A DNA stretch of 64,000 nucleotides, taken from NCBI GenBank assembly GCA_965222225.1, contig CBDCTK010000002.1:4448001-4512000 (forward strand), written 5' to 3'. The stretch is from Candidatus Poribacteria bacterium (GTDB lineage: Bacteria; Poribacteria; WGA-4E; JAJDTR01). Under the pieces are notes generated by a model. It saw nothing but the letters and a program-made list of their open reading frames with translations. It did no database searches and was not told the origin of the DNA. Each line of letters begins with the position of its first letter. Position 1 is the first letter of the stretch. Below are positions 29,536 to 38,843 of this stretch, piece after piece. The position numbers were made by a program, and so were the translations under genes.

Positions 29536-31041
29536 GTGAAGAGAACCATCAACAACCTCGCCCCTCTTCTCCTTGTTTTTAGTGCGCTCTTTTTCTTGCT
29601 TCCCTTGGTTGGTCTTTCAGCCGAAAAGGGACATGATGCAGCGCATGAAGGCGGTTCGCACGTTTCACATTCCGAACATCACGGGGTTGATGGCGCGGAC
29701 CTTCCCCTGTGGAGCATCATCCCGTTCGCTGGGATTTTGCTGTCCATCGCATTTTGGCAACTCATCGCACCGCACTTCTGGCATCATAATTACGGCAAAA
29801 TATCGTTCGCATGGGCGCTGATTTTCGCCATACCATACCTCATATTTTTTCATGGGCATGCGCTTTACGATATTCTGCACATCTATTTGATTGACTATAT
29901 CCCATTTATTATTCTGCTTTGGGGATTGTTCACGGTTGCGGGTGGCATTGTCGTGCGCGGCACACTACGTGGTACCCCAGTTGTGAACCTCGTTCTGCTG
30001 CTGATTGGTACCGCAGTCGCCTCGTGGATCGGGACGACCGGCGCGTCGATGTTGCTAATTCGCCCGCTGATTCGAGCCAACGCTTATCGCAAAAACAAGA
30101 CGCACCTGATTATCTTTTTCATCTTCTTGGTAAGCAACATCGGAGGCTCCTTGACGCCGTTGGGCGATCCGCCCTTGTTTTTGGGTTTTCTGCACGGTGT
30201 ACCATTTTTCTGGACTACGACAGCGCTTCTGCCACATATGCTATTCATGTGCGTCTTGCTGCTAGTGCTGTTCTTCATTGTTGATACCGTTTTGTTCAAG
30301 CGCGAGGGGGGCGTGGTTCCGGATGATGGCGAGAAAGAGCCGATTCGTGTTGCAGGTTTGTTTAATCTGATATGCCTTGCCGGAATCGTCGCTGGCGTGT
30401 TGATGAGCGGCACCTTCAAGTGGGGAGAGATTAACGTGCTCGCCGTGCACGTCGCATGGCAAAATATTCTGCGCGATCTGGTTATTGTCGCGATGGGATT
30501 GCTCTCATTGAAGTTTGCGCCCTTCGCAGGTGCGCTGAGGCGTGAGAATCAATTTGAATGGGAACCGATTGCCGAAGTCGCCAAGCTATTCGCCGCCATT
30601 TTCATGACTATTATTCCGGCACTTGCGATTCTCAAAGCCGGTGAGCAGGGGGCATTAAGTGGGTTGATTCGTGCAGTGAAAGAACCGTGGCACTATTTCT
30701 GGATCACGGGCGTGCTATCCAGTTTTCTTGACAATGCGCCGACCTACCTGACGTTCTTCAATACCGCACTCGGGAAATTCCATATGACGGAGGCGATGGC
30801 ACACGACGTACTCGTCGGGGCGGCGGCGAACCCTGAATTTATCAAACTGTTAACCGCCATCTCTGTCGGAGCAGTGTTCATGGGTGCCAACACCTACATT
30901 GGGAACGCCCCCAATTTTCTCGTCAGAGGTATAGCGGAATCAAGCGGCATTCGAATGCCGAGTTTCTTCGGATATATGCTCTGGTCAGTCGGCATCTTAC
31001 TGCCGCTCTTTGTCATCATAACACTGGTGTTTTTTGGTTAA
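29536..31041 (+). CDS. Putative sodium:proton antiporter (IT superfamily) between nuoM and nuoN
   Basis: Multi-TM; SNIGG.LTPLGDPPLFLGF, EVAKLF..IF.T, SSFLDNAPTYL, GANTYIGNAPNF; His-rich N-terminus. Confidence 0.8.
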   Translation: MKRTINNLAPLLLVFSALFFLLPLVGLSAEKGHDAAHEGGSHVSHSEHHGVDGADLPLWSIIPFAGILLSIAFWQLIAPHFWHHNYGKISFAWALIFAIPYLIFFHGHALYDILHIYLIDYIPFIILLWGLFTVAGGIVVRGTLRGTPVVNLVLLLIGTAVASWIGTTGASMLLIRPLIRANAYRKNKTHLIIFFIFLVSNIGGSLTPLGDPPLFLGFLHGVPFFWTTTALLPHMLFMCVLLLVLFFIVDTVLFKREGGVVPDDGEKEPIRVAGLFNLICLAGIVAGVLMSGTFKWGEINVLAVHVAWQNILRDLVIVAMGLLSLKFAPFAGALRRENQFEWEPIAEVAKLFAAIFMTIIPALAILKAGEQGALSGLIRAVKEPWHYFWITGVLSSFLDNAPTYLTFFNTALGKFHMTEAMAHDVLVGAAANPEFIKLLTAISVGAVFMGANTYIGNAPNFLVRGIAESSGIRMPSFFGYMLWSVGILLPLFVIITLVFFG

Positions 31042-31056
31042 AGCCGGAGGAATTAC

Positions 31057-32499
31057 ATGACAGTCCCCTCCATTAACTGGCACATGCTGATGCCCGAATT
31101 AATCATTGTCATGACGTTTGTCATCGTGATGATTTTTGATCTAATCAGGTCAATTCAAAAGTCGGTTCTAGCCTGGGTGACCATTATCGGGAGCGCTATC
31201 GCGCTGTGGGCATCCGCAGAAATGCTCAATGCAGGGGTTATCGGAAACGAATTCAACGGCATGATTCGCGTCGATCGTTTTTCGATGTTTTTCAATATCA
31301 TCTTCCTCGTCTCGACTATCCTAGTAACGCTTATCTCCATCAATTACTTGGATCGAGAGGATAAGCGGCAAGGGGAATACTATGTGTTAATCCTGTTGGC
31401 AACGTTGGGCATGATGTTGATGGCATCGGGCAACGAGTTGATTGTCGTTTTCCTTGGCTTAGAGTTGATGTCGTTATCCCTGTACGTGTTGGCAGGTTAT
31501 TTTCGCTCCGTACAGGTGTCGAGCGAAGCCGGGATGAAGTATCTATTGCTGGGCGCGTTCGCTAGCGGTTTCTTCCTATACGGCATCGCGCTGATTTACG
31601 GCGCCGCCGGGACAACGAGTATCCCCGATATTGCGTCCGAGTTGAAAGCTGGCGGAAAGTCTCCGCTGATGCTCGCAGGGATGTTCCTGCTGATTGTCGG
31701 GTTCGGTTTCAAAGTTGCTCTTGTGCCGTTCCACCAATGGGCACCTGATGTATACGAGGGGGCGCCTACGACAATCGCCGCTTTTATTTCGGCGGGACCA
31801 AAAGCAGCCGGTTTCGCCGCGTTTCTCAGAATCTTCATGGGTGCACTTGAAAGCCTCCAACCGGAATGGAATGTCGTGGTTGTGATTCTCGCCGCGTTGA
31901 CGATGACTGTAGGCAACGTGATCGCGACGGCTCAAAGCAACATCAAGCGGATGTTGGCTTATTCGAGCGTTGCGCACGCAGGTTATGTGTTGGTCGGGTT
32001 AGCAGCGGCTAACAAAGATGGCATTTCTAGCGCCATGCTTTATCTGCTCATCTACTGCGTGATGAATATCGGCGCTTTCGCCGCTGTTATCCTTGCAAGA
32101 ACCGAAGATGGCGAAAATCTCAAGATCGCCGATTATGCCGGTCTCGGGTACCGGAAACCGCTACTCGCGTTGTTTATGACCATCATGTTACTGTCTCTTG
32201 CAGGATTTCCACCTACGGCCGGTTTCGTCGGGAAGTTCTACGTCTTCCGATCTGCCGTGGATGCGGGCCAAATTTGGTTAGTCGTCATCGCGGCGATTAA
32301 CACCGCAATTTCAGCGTTTTATTACCTTCGCGTTGTTGTGACGATGTATATGAAGGAGCCTGAAGAAGAGCTTGACTTTCACGCCTACCCAAAATTATTA
32401 GTATTTGCGCTGTTGATTATTACAATCGGCGTTGTTCTGATTGGGGTTTTGCCGTCGTATTTCTTGGGGCCAGCTCAAATCAGCACGCAATTCTTCTAG
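31057..32499 (+). CDS. nuoN: NADH-quinone oxidoreductase subunit N
   Basis: GLELMSL..Y, EAGMKY, FK...VPFHQWAPDVYEGAPT, KRMLAYSSVAHAG. Confidence 0.97.
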   Translation: MTVPSINWHMLMPELIIVMTFVIVMIFDLIRSIQKSVLAWVTIIGSAIALWASAEMLNAGVIGNEFNGMIRVDRFSMFFNIIFLVSTILVTLISINYLDREDKRQGEYYVLILLATLGMMLMASGNELIVVFLGLELMSLSLYVLAGYFRSVQVSSEAGMKYLLLGAFASGFFLYGIALIYGAAGTTSIPDIASELKAGGKSPLMLAGMFLLIVGFGFKVALVPFHQWAPDVYEGAPTTIAAFISAGPKAAGFAAFLRIFMGALESLQPEWNVVVVILAALTMTVGNVIATAQSNIKRMLAYSSVAHAGYVLVGLAAANKDGISSAMLYLLIYCVMNIGAFAAVILARTEDGENLKIADYAGLGYRKPLLALFMTIMLLSLAGFPPTAGFVGKFYVFRSAVDAGQIWLVVIAAINTAISAFYYLRVVVTMYMKEPEEELDFHAYPKLLVFALLIITIGVVLIGVLPSYFLGPAQISTQFF

Positions 32500-32545
32500 A
32501 CTTGTACTTACGTAGAGATGCAGACTCTAGGGCGCGGATTCATAT

Positions 32546-32842
32546 GTGGCAGAAGAACCAATGATGGCTAGACTTAAGCGGAGTCCGGAGGCGTGGAACA
32601 GTTTTGACCTAGCGTCAATCGGCATCACCCTTGTGCTTGCAATTGGCATGGGATCGGGGTTGGGTTGGTGGATCGGCGGAAAAGTGGGCAACCAAAAGGT
32701 CGGTCTAATCATCGGCTTTGTCATAGGAACCGCAGCGGGATTCATAGAGATGTTTCGTGCCGTGTCTCGCTGGAATCGGCGGATGGAAGAACAGGATCGA
32801 GCGAATCGAACCCGCCAAGATGACAAAGGGAAGGATTCATAG
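32546..32842 (+). CDS. AtpZ/AtpI-family small membrane protein
   Basis: Two TM helices with Gly-rich pattern (G..LG.W.G...G...G...GF), first gene of the atp cluster. Confidence 0.75.
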   Translation: MAEEPMMARLKRSPEAWNSFDLASIGITLVLAIGMGSGLGWWIGGKVGNQKVGLIIGFVIGTAAGFIEMFRAVSRWNRRMEEQDRANRTRQDDKGKDS

Positions 32843-32843
32843 G

Positions 32844-33263
32844 GTGAGTTCTCAATCGCCTTTCGAAGTAGATGGCAACTTCCTGCGCCAAGTCTACCGC
32901 TTGACGGTTGTGTTGGCAGTCATTGGTACGGTTATTCTCGGGGCAGTTTGCGGTACGCCGGAGGGGTTGAGTTTCGCTATTGGCGGTTTTCTCAGTTTAA
33001 GCGCGATTTTGTCATTAGAGTTTGTCGTCCGTCGGTTGGTTAAGCCCGGCGGTCCGTCGCGAGCCAAACGTTGGATCGGGTTCATTTTATTGGGAAAATA
33101 CACGGTGATTTTTGGCGGTTTTTATCTGTTGATGAAGGCAGATTGGCTAAACGTCTATGCCCTTGCAGCCGGGATCGGCGTAGTGCAAATCGTGATAATC
33201 CTTAAAGCCATCAAACTTATGACAGGAATTCTATTCAGCAACAAAACAACCAAAGATACTTGA
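32844..33263 (+). CDS. atpI: ATP synthase protein I-like
   Basis: Four-TM protein immediately upstream of atpB; probable GTG start at 32844. Confidence 0.7.
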   Translation: MSSQSPFEVDGNFLRQVYRLTVVLAVIGTVILGAVCGTPEGLSFAIGGFLSLSAILSLEFVVRRLVKPGGPSRAKRWIGFILLGKYTVIFGGFYLLMKADWLNVYALAAGIGVVQIVIILKAIKLMTGILFSNKTTKDT

Positions 33264-33273
33264 TAACATTGAA

Positions 33274-34179
33274 ATGAAAAAAAACTGTTTTCTTTTAACC
33301 GTTTTGGTTCTCATTCTGGTTGGAGTTGGTTTCGACTTTGGATTCGCGGCTGAAGATGCTCATGACTCCTCGCACGACACCCACGGCGAGAGTGAACATG
33401 GCGGCGGCGGTGCACATCCCCACTATTCCTGGCTGCATCCGTTGTCTAGAATTTTGCCGGACGAAATTATCCCGGAACCCCTCCGTTGGCAACAGCCTGA
33501 TTTGATCCCAAACGCTTATTTCGTGGTGGTGGTTATCGCCATCCTTTTCATCTTTGGGACACGAAAGATGAAACGACTCCCCGAAGGCAAGGGACAAGCA
33601 CTGCTAGAGCTATTTGTTGGCGGGTTGATAGACTTCTTCGGCGGGATTCTGGGCGAACACGGGAAAAAATATGTTCCATTTGTGGGATCCTACTTTATCT
33701 TCATCCTTTTTCTAAACTATCTTGGCCTGATTCCTGGCTTTCAGTCTCCGACAGCGGATTTGAACACAACGCTCGCGCTCGGCATTACCGCGTTAATCGG
33801 TGTTCATATCATTGCTGTCAAGGAGAATGGCGTCGTTGGCTATCTGAAACACTTTGTTGGCGATCCGTGGTGGCTCGGGCCTTTAATGCTTCCACTACAC
33901 ATCATCGGAGAGATTGCACGCGCCGGGTCGCTGGCTATCCGCCTCTTTGGAAACATCTTCGGCGAGGAATCAGTCATCATCAATCTGACCCTTTTAGGGC
34001 TTGCAATTCCAGCCATTGGCGGCATGATACCTTGGGTGCCGATTCAGGTGCCCATGCTGTTTTTTGGGCTATTTGGCGGGTTCTTGCAAGCGCTTGTGTT
34101 CTCGATGTTGACATCAATCTACATCGTTACGTTCCTTGAGCATCATGACGAAGAGCATGGTGCGGAGGCACATCACTAA
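33274..34179 (+). CDS. atpB: F0 subunit a
   Basis: PTADLNTT.AL, SLAIRLFGNI, LQALVF..L...YI; signal-like and His-rich N-terminus, His-rich C-terminus. Confidence 0.95.
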   Translation: MKKNCFLLTVLVLILVGVGFDFGFAAEDAHDSSHDTHGESEHGGGGAHPHYSWLHPLSRILPDEIIPEPLRWQQPDLIPNAYFVVVVIAILFIFGTRKMKRLPEGKGQALLELFVGGLIDFFGGILGEHGKKYVPFVGSYFIFILFLNYLGLIPGFQSPTADLNTTLALGITALIGVHIIAVKENGVVGYLKHFVGDPWWLGPLMLPLHIIGEIARAGSLAIRLFGNIFGEESVIINLTLLGLAIPAIGGMIPWVPIQVPMLFFGLFGGFLQALVFSMLTSIYIVTFLEHHDEEHGAEAHH

Positions 34180-34264
34180 CTAGTGAACGACTATTTTCGT
34201 TCGTTCACACTGTTTTTCAGTGTTTTAATTTCGGTAGTATTTAATAATCAAAGGAGGAAATTCA

Positions 34265-34582
34265 ATGATTTATCTTGCAGTTTTAGCTTTCGGGGTGGCG
34301 CTCGGTTTGCCGATTGCGGTTATTGCGGCATCGACCGCACAGGGAAAGGCAACGAGTACCGCTCTTGAAGGTATTGCACGTCAGCCCGAGGCTGCACCCA
34401 GGATTCAGACGGCGATGATTATCGGTTTGGCTCTTATTGAGTCACTCGTCATCTATTCGCTGCTGATCTTTTTCCTGCTGATGGGAAAACTCCCGGACGT
34501 TACGCCGGCTGAAGGTGAAAAGATCAGCCCGCTTGAAAAGATAATGCAAGCCGCGTCGGCTGAAGAAGATCGCAATCATTAG
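34265..34582 (+). CDS. atpE: F0 subunit c with ~30-aa C-terminal extension
   Basis: AGGAGG RBS; QG...ARQPEA...LIESLVIY. Confidence 0.95.
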   Translation: MIYLAVLAFGVALGLPIAVIAASTAQGKATSTALEGIARQPEAAPRIQTAMIIGLALIESLVIYSLLIFFLLMGKLPDVTPAEGEKISPLEKIMQAASAEEDRNH

Positions 34583-34664
34583 AAGAATAATAAAGCATGA
34601 AACGTACGGCGCGATCGTAGTGGTCGCGCGCTATGTTTCAGCGTTGACAACATTACGAGTCATC

Positions 34665-35264
34665 ATGAAAAGATATAGATATTTAGTCTTATTAATCTGT
34701 ATTAACACATTGATATCAGTCCCGTGTGCGCTTGCTGCTGGCGACGGTTCCGGAGGTGGCGGGCTAATGGGCGCTATCGGACTCGACCCCAAGACAATCA
34801 TCCTTCAAGCACTGGGCTTTCTTATTGTTCTGCTTGTGCTCTGGAAATTCGTCTTTGGTCGCGTTGGCGGATTGTTGGAAGAACGACAGAACGAGATAAC
34901 TTCACGCATGGAAAAGCTGGAGACGGACCAACAGGAGTTGGATCGGTTGAACGCCGAAACTCGCCAACGGCTGAATGAGATTGAGGCAGAGGGACAAGCC
35001 AAGATTCAAGCTGCAATCAATGAAGGTAATGTCGAGAGGCAGCGTATTCTTGACCGGGCGCGTCAAGAAGTGTCCGCCGAACTTGAAAAGGCACGCGCGG
35101 AAATCCAGCGCGAAAAAGATGAAGCGATCCTTGAGTTGCGAGGAACCGTCGCGGAAGTAGCGATTGATGCGGCGAGCAAGATTATCGATCAAGCACTTGA
35201 TGCGGAAAAACATCAGCACATCATTGATGAGTCAATTCGCCGCCTGCCTGCCCAAGGCGCTTGA
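34665..35264 (+). CDS. atpF: F0 subunit b
   Basis: N-terminal TM (Q.L.F.I...L.KF) followed by a long charged coiled coil. Confidence 0.9.
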   Translation: MKRYRYLVLLICINTLISVPCALAAGDGSGGGGLMGAIGLDPKTIILQALGFLIVLLVLWKFVFGRVGGLLEERQNEITSRMEKLETDQQELDRLNAETRQRLNEIEAEGQAKIQAAINEGNVERQRILDRARQEVSAELEKARAEIQREKDEAILELRGTVAEVAIDAASKIIDQALDAEKHQHIIDESIRRLPAQGA

Positions 35265-35407
35265 TGCCTTGGAACTTCCGCACAGGAGTTGAAACACGAA
35301 ATTACAGGAAAGCCGTAGGGAAGATACTGCGCGCTATCAAACTGTAGGCACAACAACCCTTACGTAAGGTCTTTTCGCAATCCATTAGTGATCGGAGAGT
35401 ATACCCG

Positions 35408-35947
35408 ATGAGAGATATTCGCATTGCCAAACCATACGCGCAAGCGTTGTACGATGCGGCGGCAGAGCAGGCTGCTTTGAGTCGCATCGTAGGGGATGCC
35501 AACCAAATCATAAGCCTAGCACAAGAATCAGAAGATTTCGAAGGGTTCCTGAGCAATCCGATTCTGTCGCCACAATTCAAGAGTGAGATGTTCCAACAAC
35601 TCCTGTCCGAAGCCGTCCAACCGCTCACACTGAACTTTCTGCTACTTCTGGCATCGAAACAACGCGAGAGATTCCTAGTAGCAATCTTACAGACATTTCT
35701 CAAGCTTGTGGATTTGAAAGCAGGACGTCTCGTCGCGCAGGTGACATCCGCCGTGACGCTCAGCGATGCACAACAAGCCAGTCTTGTTCAACAGCTAAGC
35801 GATTATTCTGGCGCCGAAGTGAGACTCGAGTTAAGTGAAGATACTGCAATCAAGGGCGGCATCATTGTGCGGTTGGGAGACACGGTATTTGATGGAAGCG
35901 TCACGACGCAGTTGCAACGGCTGAGATTGCTGCTTGCAAGGGGTTAG
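35408..35947 (+). CDS. atpH: F1 subunit delta
   Basis: IAKPYAQAL, NFL.LL....R, VTSA..L, GGII..GD.V.DGS. Confidence 0.94.
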   Translation: MRDIRIAKPYAQALYDAAAEQAALSRIVGDANQIISLAQESEDFEGFLSNPILSPQFKSEMFQQLLSEAVQPLTLNFLLLLASKQRERFLVAILQTFLKLVDLKAGRLVAQVTSAVTLSDAQQASLVQQLSDYSGAEVRLELSEDTAIKGGIIVRLGDTVFDGSVTTQLQRLRLLLARG

Positions 35948-35998
35948 ACCGGAAAGCAGCAATTAAGGCTTGCTGTCGAATGAGGGAGAAAATAGCAT

Positions 35999-37522
35999 AT
36001 GGCAAGAGAAGTTAGACCCGATGAAGTTTCAAATATTCTAAAACAACAACTGCTGCAATTCAATCAACAAGTAGACGTTTACGATTCTGGAACAGTCCTG
36101 GATGTTGGTGACGGAATTGCTCGCGTGCATGGGCTTGCCAATGTCATGGCGAGTGAGATGATTGAATTCCCGAACGACGTATTCGGCATGGCTTTCAACT
36201 TGGAGGAAGACAACGTCGGCTGCGTGCTTTTCGGCGAAGATAGGTTGATTCACGAAGGCGACATCGCCAAACGGACCAATCGACTGCTTGAGGTTCCCGT
36301 CGGTGAGGAGTTGCTCGGGCGGGTCGTTAATGCGCTTGGTCAACCCATCGACGGCAAGGGAGAAATCGGTACCAGCGAGACACTTCCTGCCGAGCGAAAA
36401 GGTTTGGGCATTGTCCAACGTCAGCCCGTGCGCGAGCCGCTGTACACCGGTTTGAAAGCAATCGACAGCATAACCGCAATTGGGCGTGGACAGCGTGAGT
36501 TGATCATTGGTGACCGTCAAACGGGCAAAACCGCCATTCCCATTGACACGATAATTAACCAGAAAAACACGGACGTGTTCTGCATCTACGTGGCTGTGGG
36601 ACAGAAGGGATCGACGGTTGCACAGGTTGTGAACACGCTTGAGCAGCACGGCGCAATGGAGTACACCATTGTTATTTCGGCGCCGGCTAGTGAGCCGTCT
36701 CCGCTCCAATATCTTGCGCCCTATACAGGTACGTCAATGGGAGAATACTTCCGTGACAAGGGACAACATGCCTTGATTATCTATGATGACCTCACCAAAC
36801 ACGCGTGGGCGTATCGGCAGATGTCCTTGCTCTCGCGTCGACCGCCGGGTCGCGAAGCCTACCCTGGTGATGTCTTCTACCTCCACTCAAGATTACTGGA
36901 ACGTTCGGCTAAACTCAGTGACGAGTTAGGCGCCGGTTCGCTGACTTCATTGCCAATCATTGAGATTTTTGAGGGAGACCTGACGACATACATTCCAACC
37001 AATGTAATCTCAATCACTGATGGACAGATTTATCTGACATCTGAACTGTTTAATCAGGGTGTGCGACCGGCTATTGATGTCGGTACATCGGTGTCCCGGG
37101 TCGGCGGCGATGCGCAGACCAAAGCCATGAAGGCTGATGAGGTGGCAGGTTCGCTCAAGCTGGATTTAGCCAGTTTCCGTGAAGTTGCCGCATTTGCGCA
37201 GTTTGGTTCCGATCTTGACGCATCCACACAAGCGCAACTCCGCCGTGGAGAACGGTTGGTGGAGTTACTTAAGCAGCCGCAATACGCGCCCATGCCAGTC
37301 GAGAAGGAGATAGTCTCAATCTTCTGCGGATCGACGGGGTATCTGGACGACGTTGAAGTGGCGGATGTTTCGAGATTTGAATCTGAATTTCTTGCCTACA
37401 TGGACAGGAATCATGAAGCATTCCTAAAGGAGATTGCAGAGACAGGTGTTCTGAGCGATGAGCTTATTGGTAGTCTTCACGAAGCGGTTAAAAGTTTCAA
37501 GGCACAGTTCAAGAGTGAATGA
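35999..37522 (+). CDS. atpA: F1 subunit alpha
   Basis: [40 protein letters not shown]. Confidence 0.98.
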   Translation: MAREVRPDEVSNILKQQLLQFNQQVDVYDSGTVLDVGDGIARVHGLANVMASEMIEFPNDVFGMAFNLEEDNVGCVLFGEDRLIHEGDIAKRTNRLLEVPVGEELLGRVVNALGQPIDGKGEIGTSETLPAERKGLGIVQRQPVREPLYTGLKAIDSITAIGRGQRELIIGDRQTGKTAIPIDTIINQKNTDVFCIYVAVGQKGSTVAQVVNTLEQHGAMEYTIVISAPASEPSPLQYLAPYTGTSMGEYFRDKGQHALIIYDDLTKHAWAYRQMSLLSRRPPGREAYPGDVFYLHSRLLERSAKLSDELGAGSLTSLPIIEIFEGDLTTYIPTNVISITDGQIYLTSELFNQGVRPAIDVGTSVSRVGGDAQTKAMKADEVAGSLKLDLASFREVAAFAQFGSDLDASTQAQLRRGERLVELLKQPQYAPMPVEKEIVSIFCGSTGYLDDVEVADVSRFESEFLAYMDRNHEAFLKEIAETGVLSDELIGSLHEAVKSFKAQFKSE

Positions 37523-37539
37523 AACGTGGAGGTGACGAG

Positions 37540-37743
37540 GTGAAGCAAAAGATTATTCTCCACGAAGCGGAAGAGGACGGATATTGGGCAGAGGTGCCTT
37601 CAATTGAGGGGTGCGTGAGTCAAGGAGAAACACTTGGCGCCTTGATTGAGAACATCTCTGAAGCGGTGGAGGGCTGTTTATCTGTGGAAATCAGTGACCT
37701 TGATATCGGCGAAAGAGATACAGTCATGGAAATAGCCGTTTGA
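37540..37743 (+). CDS. hicB: HicB-family antitoxin
   Basis: EEDGYWAEVPSIEGCVSQGET...NI.EA.EGCL. Confidence 0.85.
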   Translation: MKQKIILHEAEEDGYWAEVPSIEGCVSQGETLGALIENISEAVEGCLSVEISDLDIGERDTVMEIAV

Positions 37744-37945
37744 AATCCCTAACGGTTAAAGAGTTTTGCCGCTTGCTGGATAAGTGGGGTTGGGAGTTAA
37801 AACGGATTAAGGGTAGTCATTACATTTTCGCCAAGAGGGAGTTACTATCCGAATCTCGGTTCCAGTTCACGTGAATAAAACTCTCAAGCAAGGCTTGCAG
37901 CGGCATCTTATGAAAATAGCCGGTATTGAAGAAAATGAGCTCTAA
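37740..37945 (+). pseudogene. hicA: HicA-family toxin, frameshifted
   Basis: MKSLTVKEFCRLL...GW...RIKGSHYIFAK then a frame change near 37835 to GVTIRISVPVH.NKTLK.GLQRHLMK.AGI. Confidence 0.8.
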
Positions 37946-37966
37946 AGGGATGTCCAGAGGATTGCC

Positions 37967-38833
37967 ATGGCAACATTACGAGAAATCAGACGGCGTATCG
38001 CAAGTGTTGAGAATATCAAGCAAGTAACAGAAGCGATGCGGGTGGTTGCAGCGGCGAGGCTACGCCGCGCCCAAGAAAACATCTTGGCGACGCGACCGTT
38101 CGCGGAGAAGTTTAACGCGATTTTAAGCCACTTGATTGCGCAGATTGAAAATCCAACCCATCCGTTGCTGGAAAATCGAGAATTAAAAAACGTCTGTCTC
38201 GTTTCTATCAGCGCCGATCGGGGGTTGTGTGGAAGTTTCAACAGCAATGTGATACGGGCGACGGCGGAAAGAGCAAAACATTATCAAGATGGTGGCGCTG
38301 CTGTAAAAATCATCTGCGTGGGCAGGCGCACTCGAGACTACTTTGTGCGGCGGGACTATGAGGTCATTGCCGAATATGCCAACATATTTAGAGACCTTAA
38401 ATTTGAATCAGCAGTTGACATTGTTCATGAATTTGAGCATCTTTATTCTGAACTGCAGATTGACAAAGTAGAGGTGATCTACAATAACTTCAAATCCGCA
38501 ATACTACAGACAGTTCTCGTTGAGCAGTTATTGCCCCTTACCCCCGAAGCCCCAACGGGTGACGAACTCTTTCTTGACTATCTGTATGAGCCAGGACAGG
38601 AGGAAATCTTCGAGTCTGTATTGGCGAAACACCTGAATATGCAGATGTGGAAGGTTCTGCTGGATTCCAACGCCGCGGAGCAGGCGGCACGGATGGCAGC
38701 AATGGAAAACGCAACACGAAATGCCAAAGATTTAATTGACGAATTGATTCTACAGCGCAACCGCGCTCGACAAACCCAGATTACGACGGAAATCTCCGAG
38801 ATTGTGAGTGGAGCAGCGGCTTTGGAGGGTTAG
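37967..38833 (+). CDS. atpG: F1 subunit gamma
   Basis: MATLREIRRRI.SV....Q.T.AM..VAA, DRGLCG.FN, EQAARM.AM.NAT.NA, RQ..IT.EI.EI. Confidence 0.97.
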   Translation: MATLREIRRRIASVENIKQVTEAMRVVAAARLRRAQENILATRPFAEKFNAILSHLIAQIENPTHPLLENRELKNVCLVSISADRGLCGSFNSNVIRATAERAKHYQDGGAAVKIICVGRRTRDYFVRRDYEVIAEYANIFRDLKFESAVDIVHEFEHLYSELQIDKVEVIYNNFKSAILQTVLVEQLLPLTPEAPTGDELFLDYLYEPGQEEIFESVLAKHLNMQMWKVLLDSNAAEQAARMAAMENATRNAKDLIDELILQRNRARQTQITTEISEIVSGAAALEG

Positions 38834-38843
38834 AGTCATAGTT

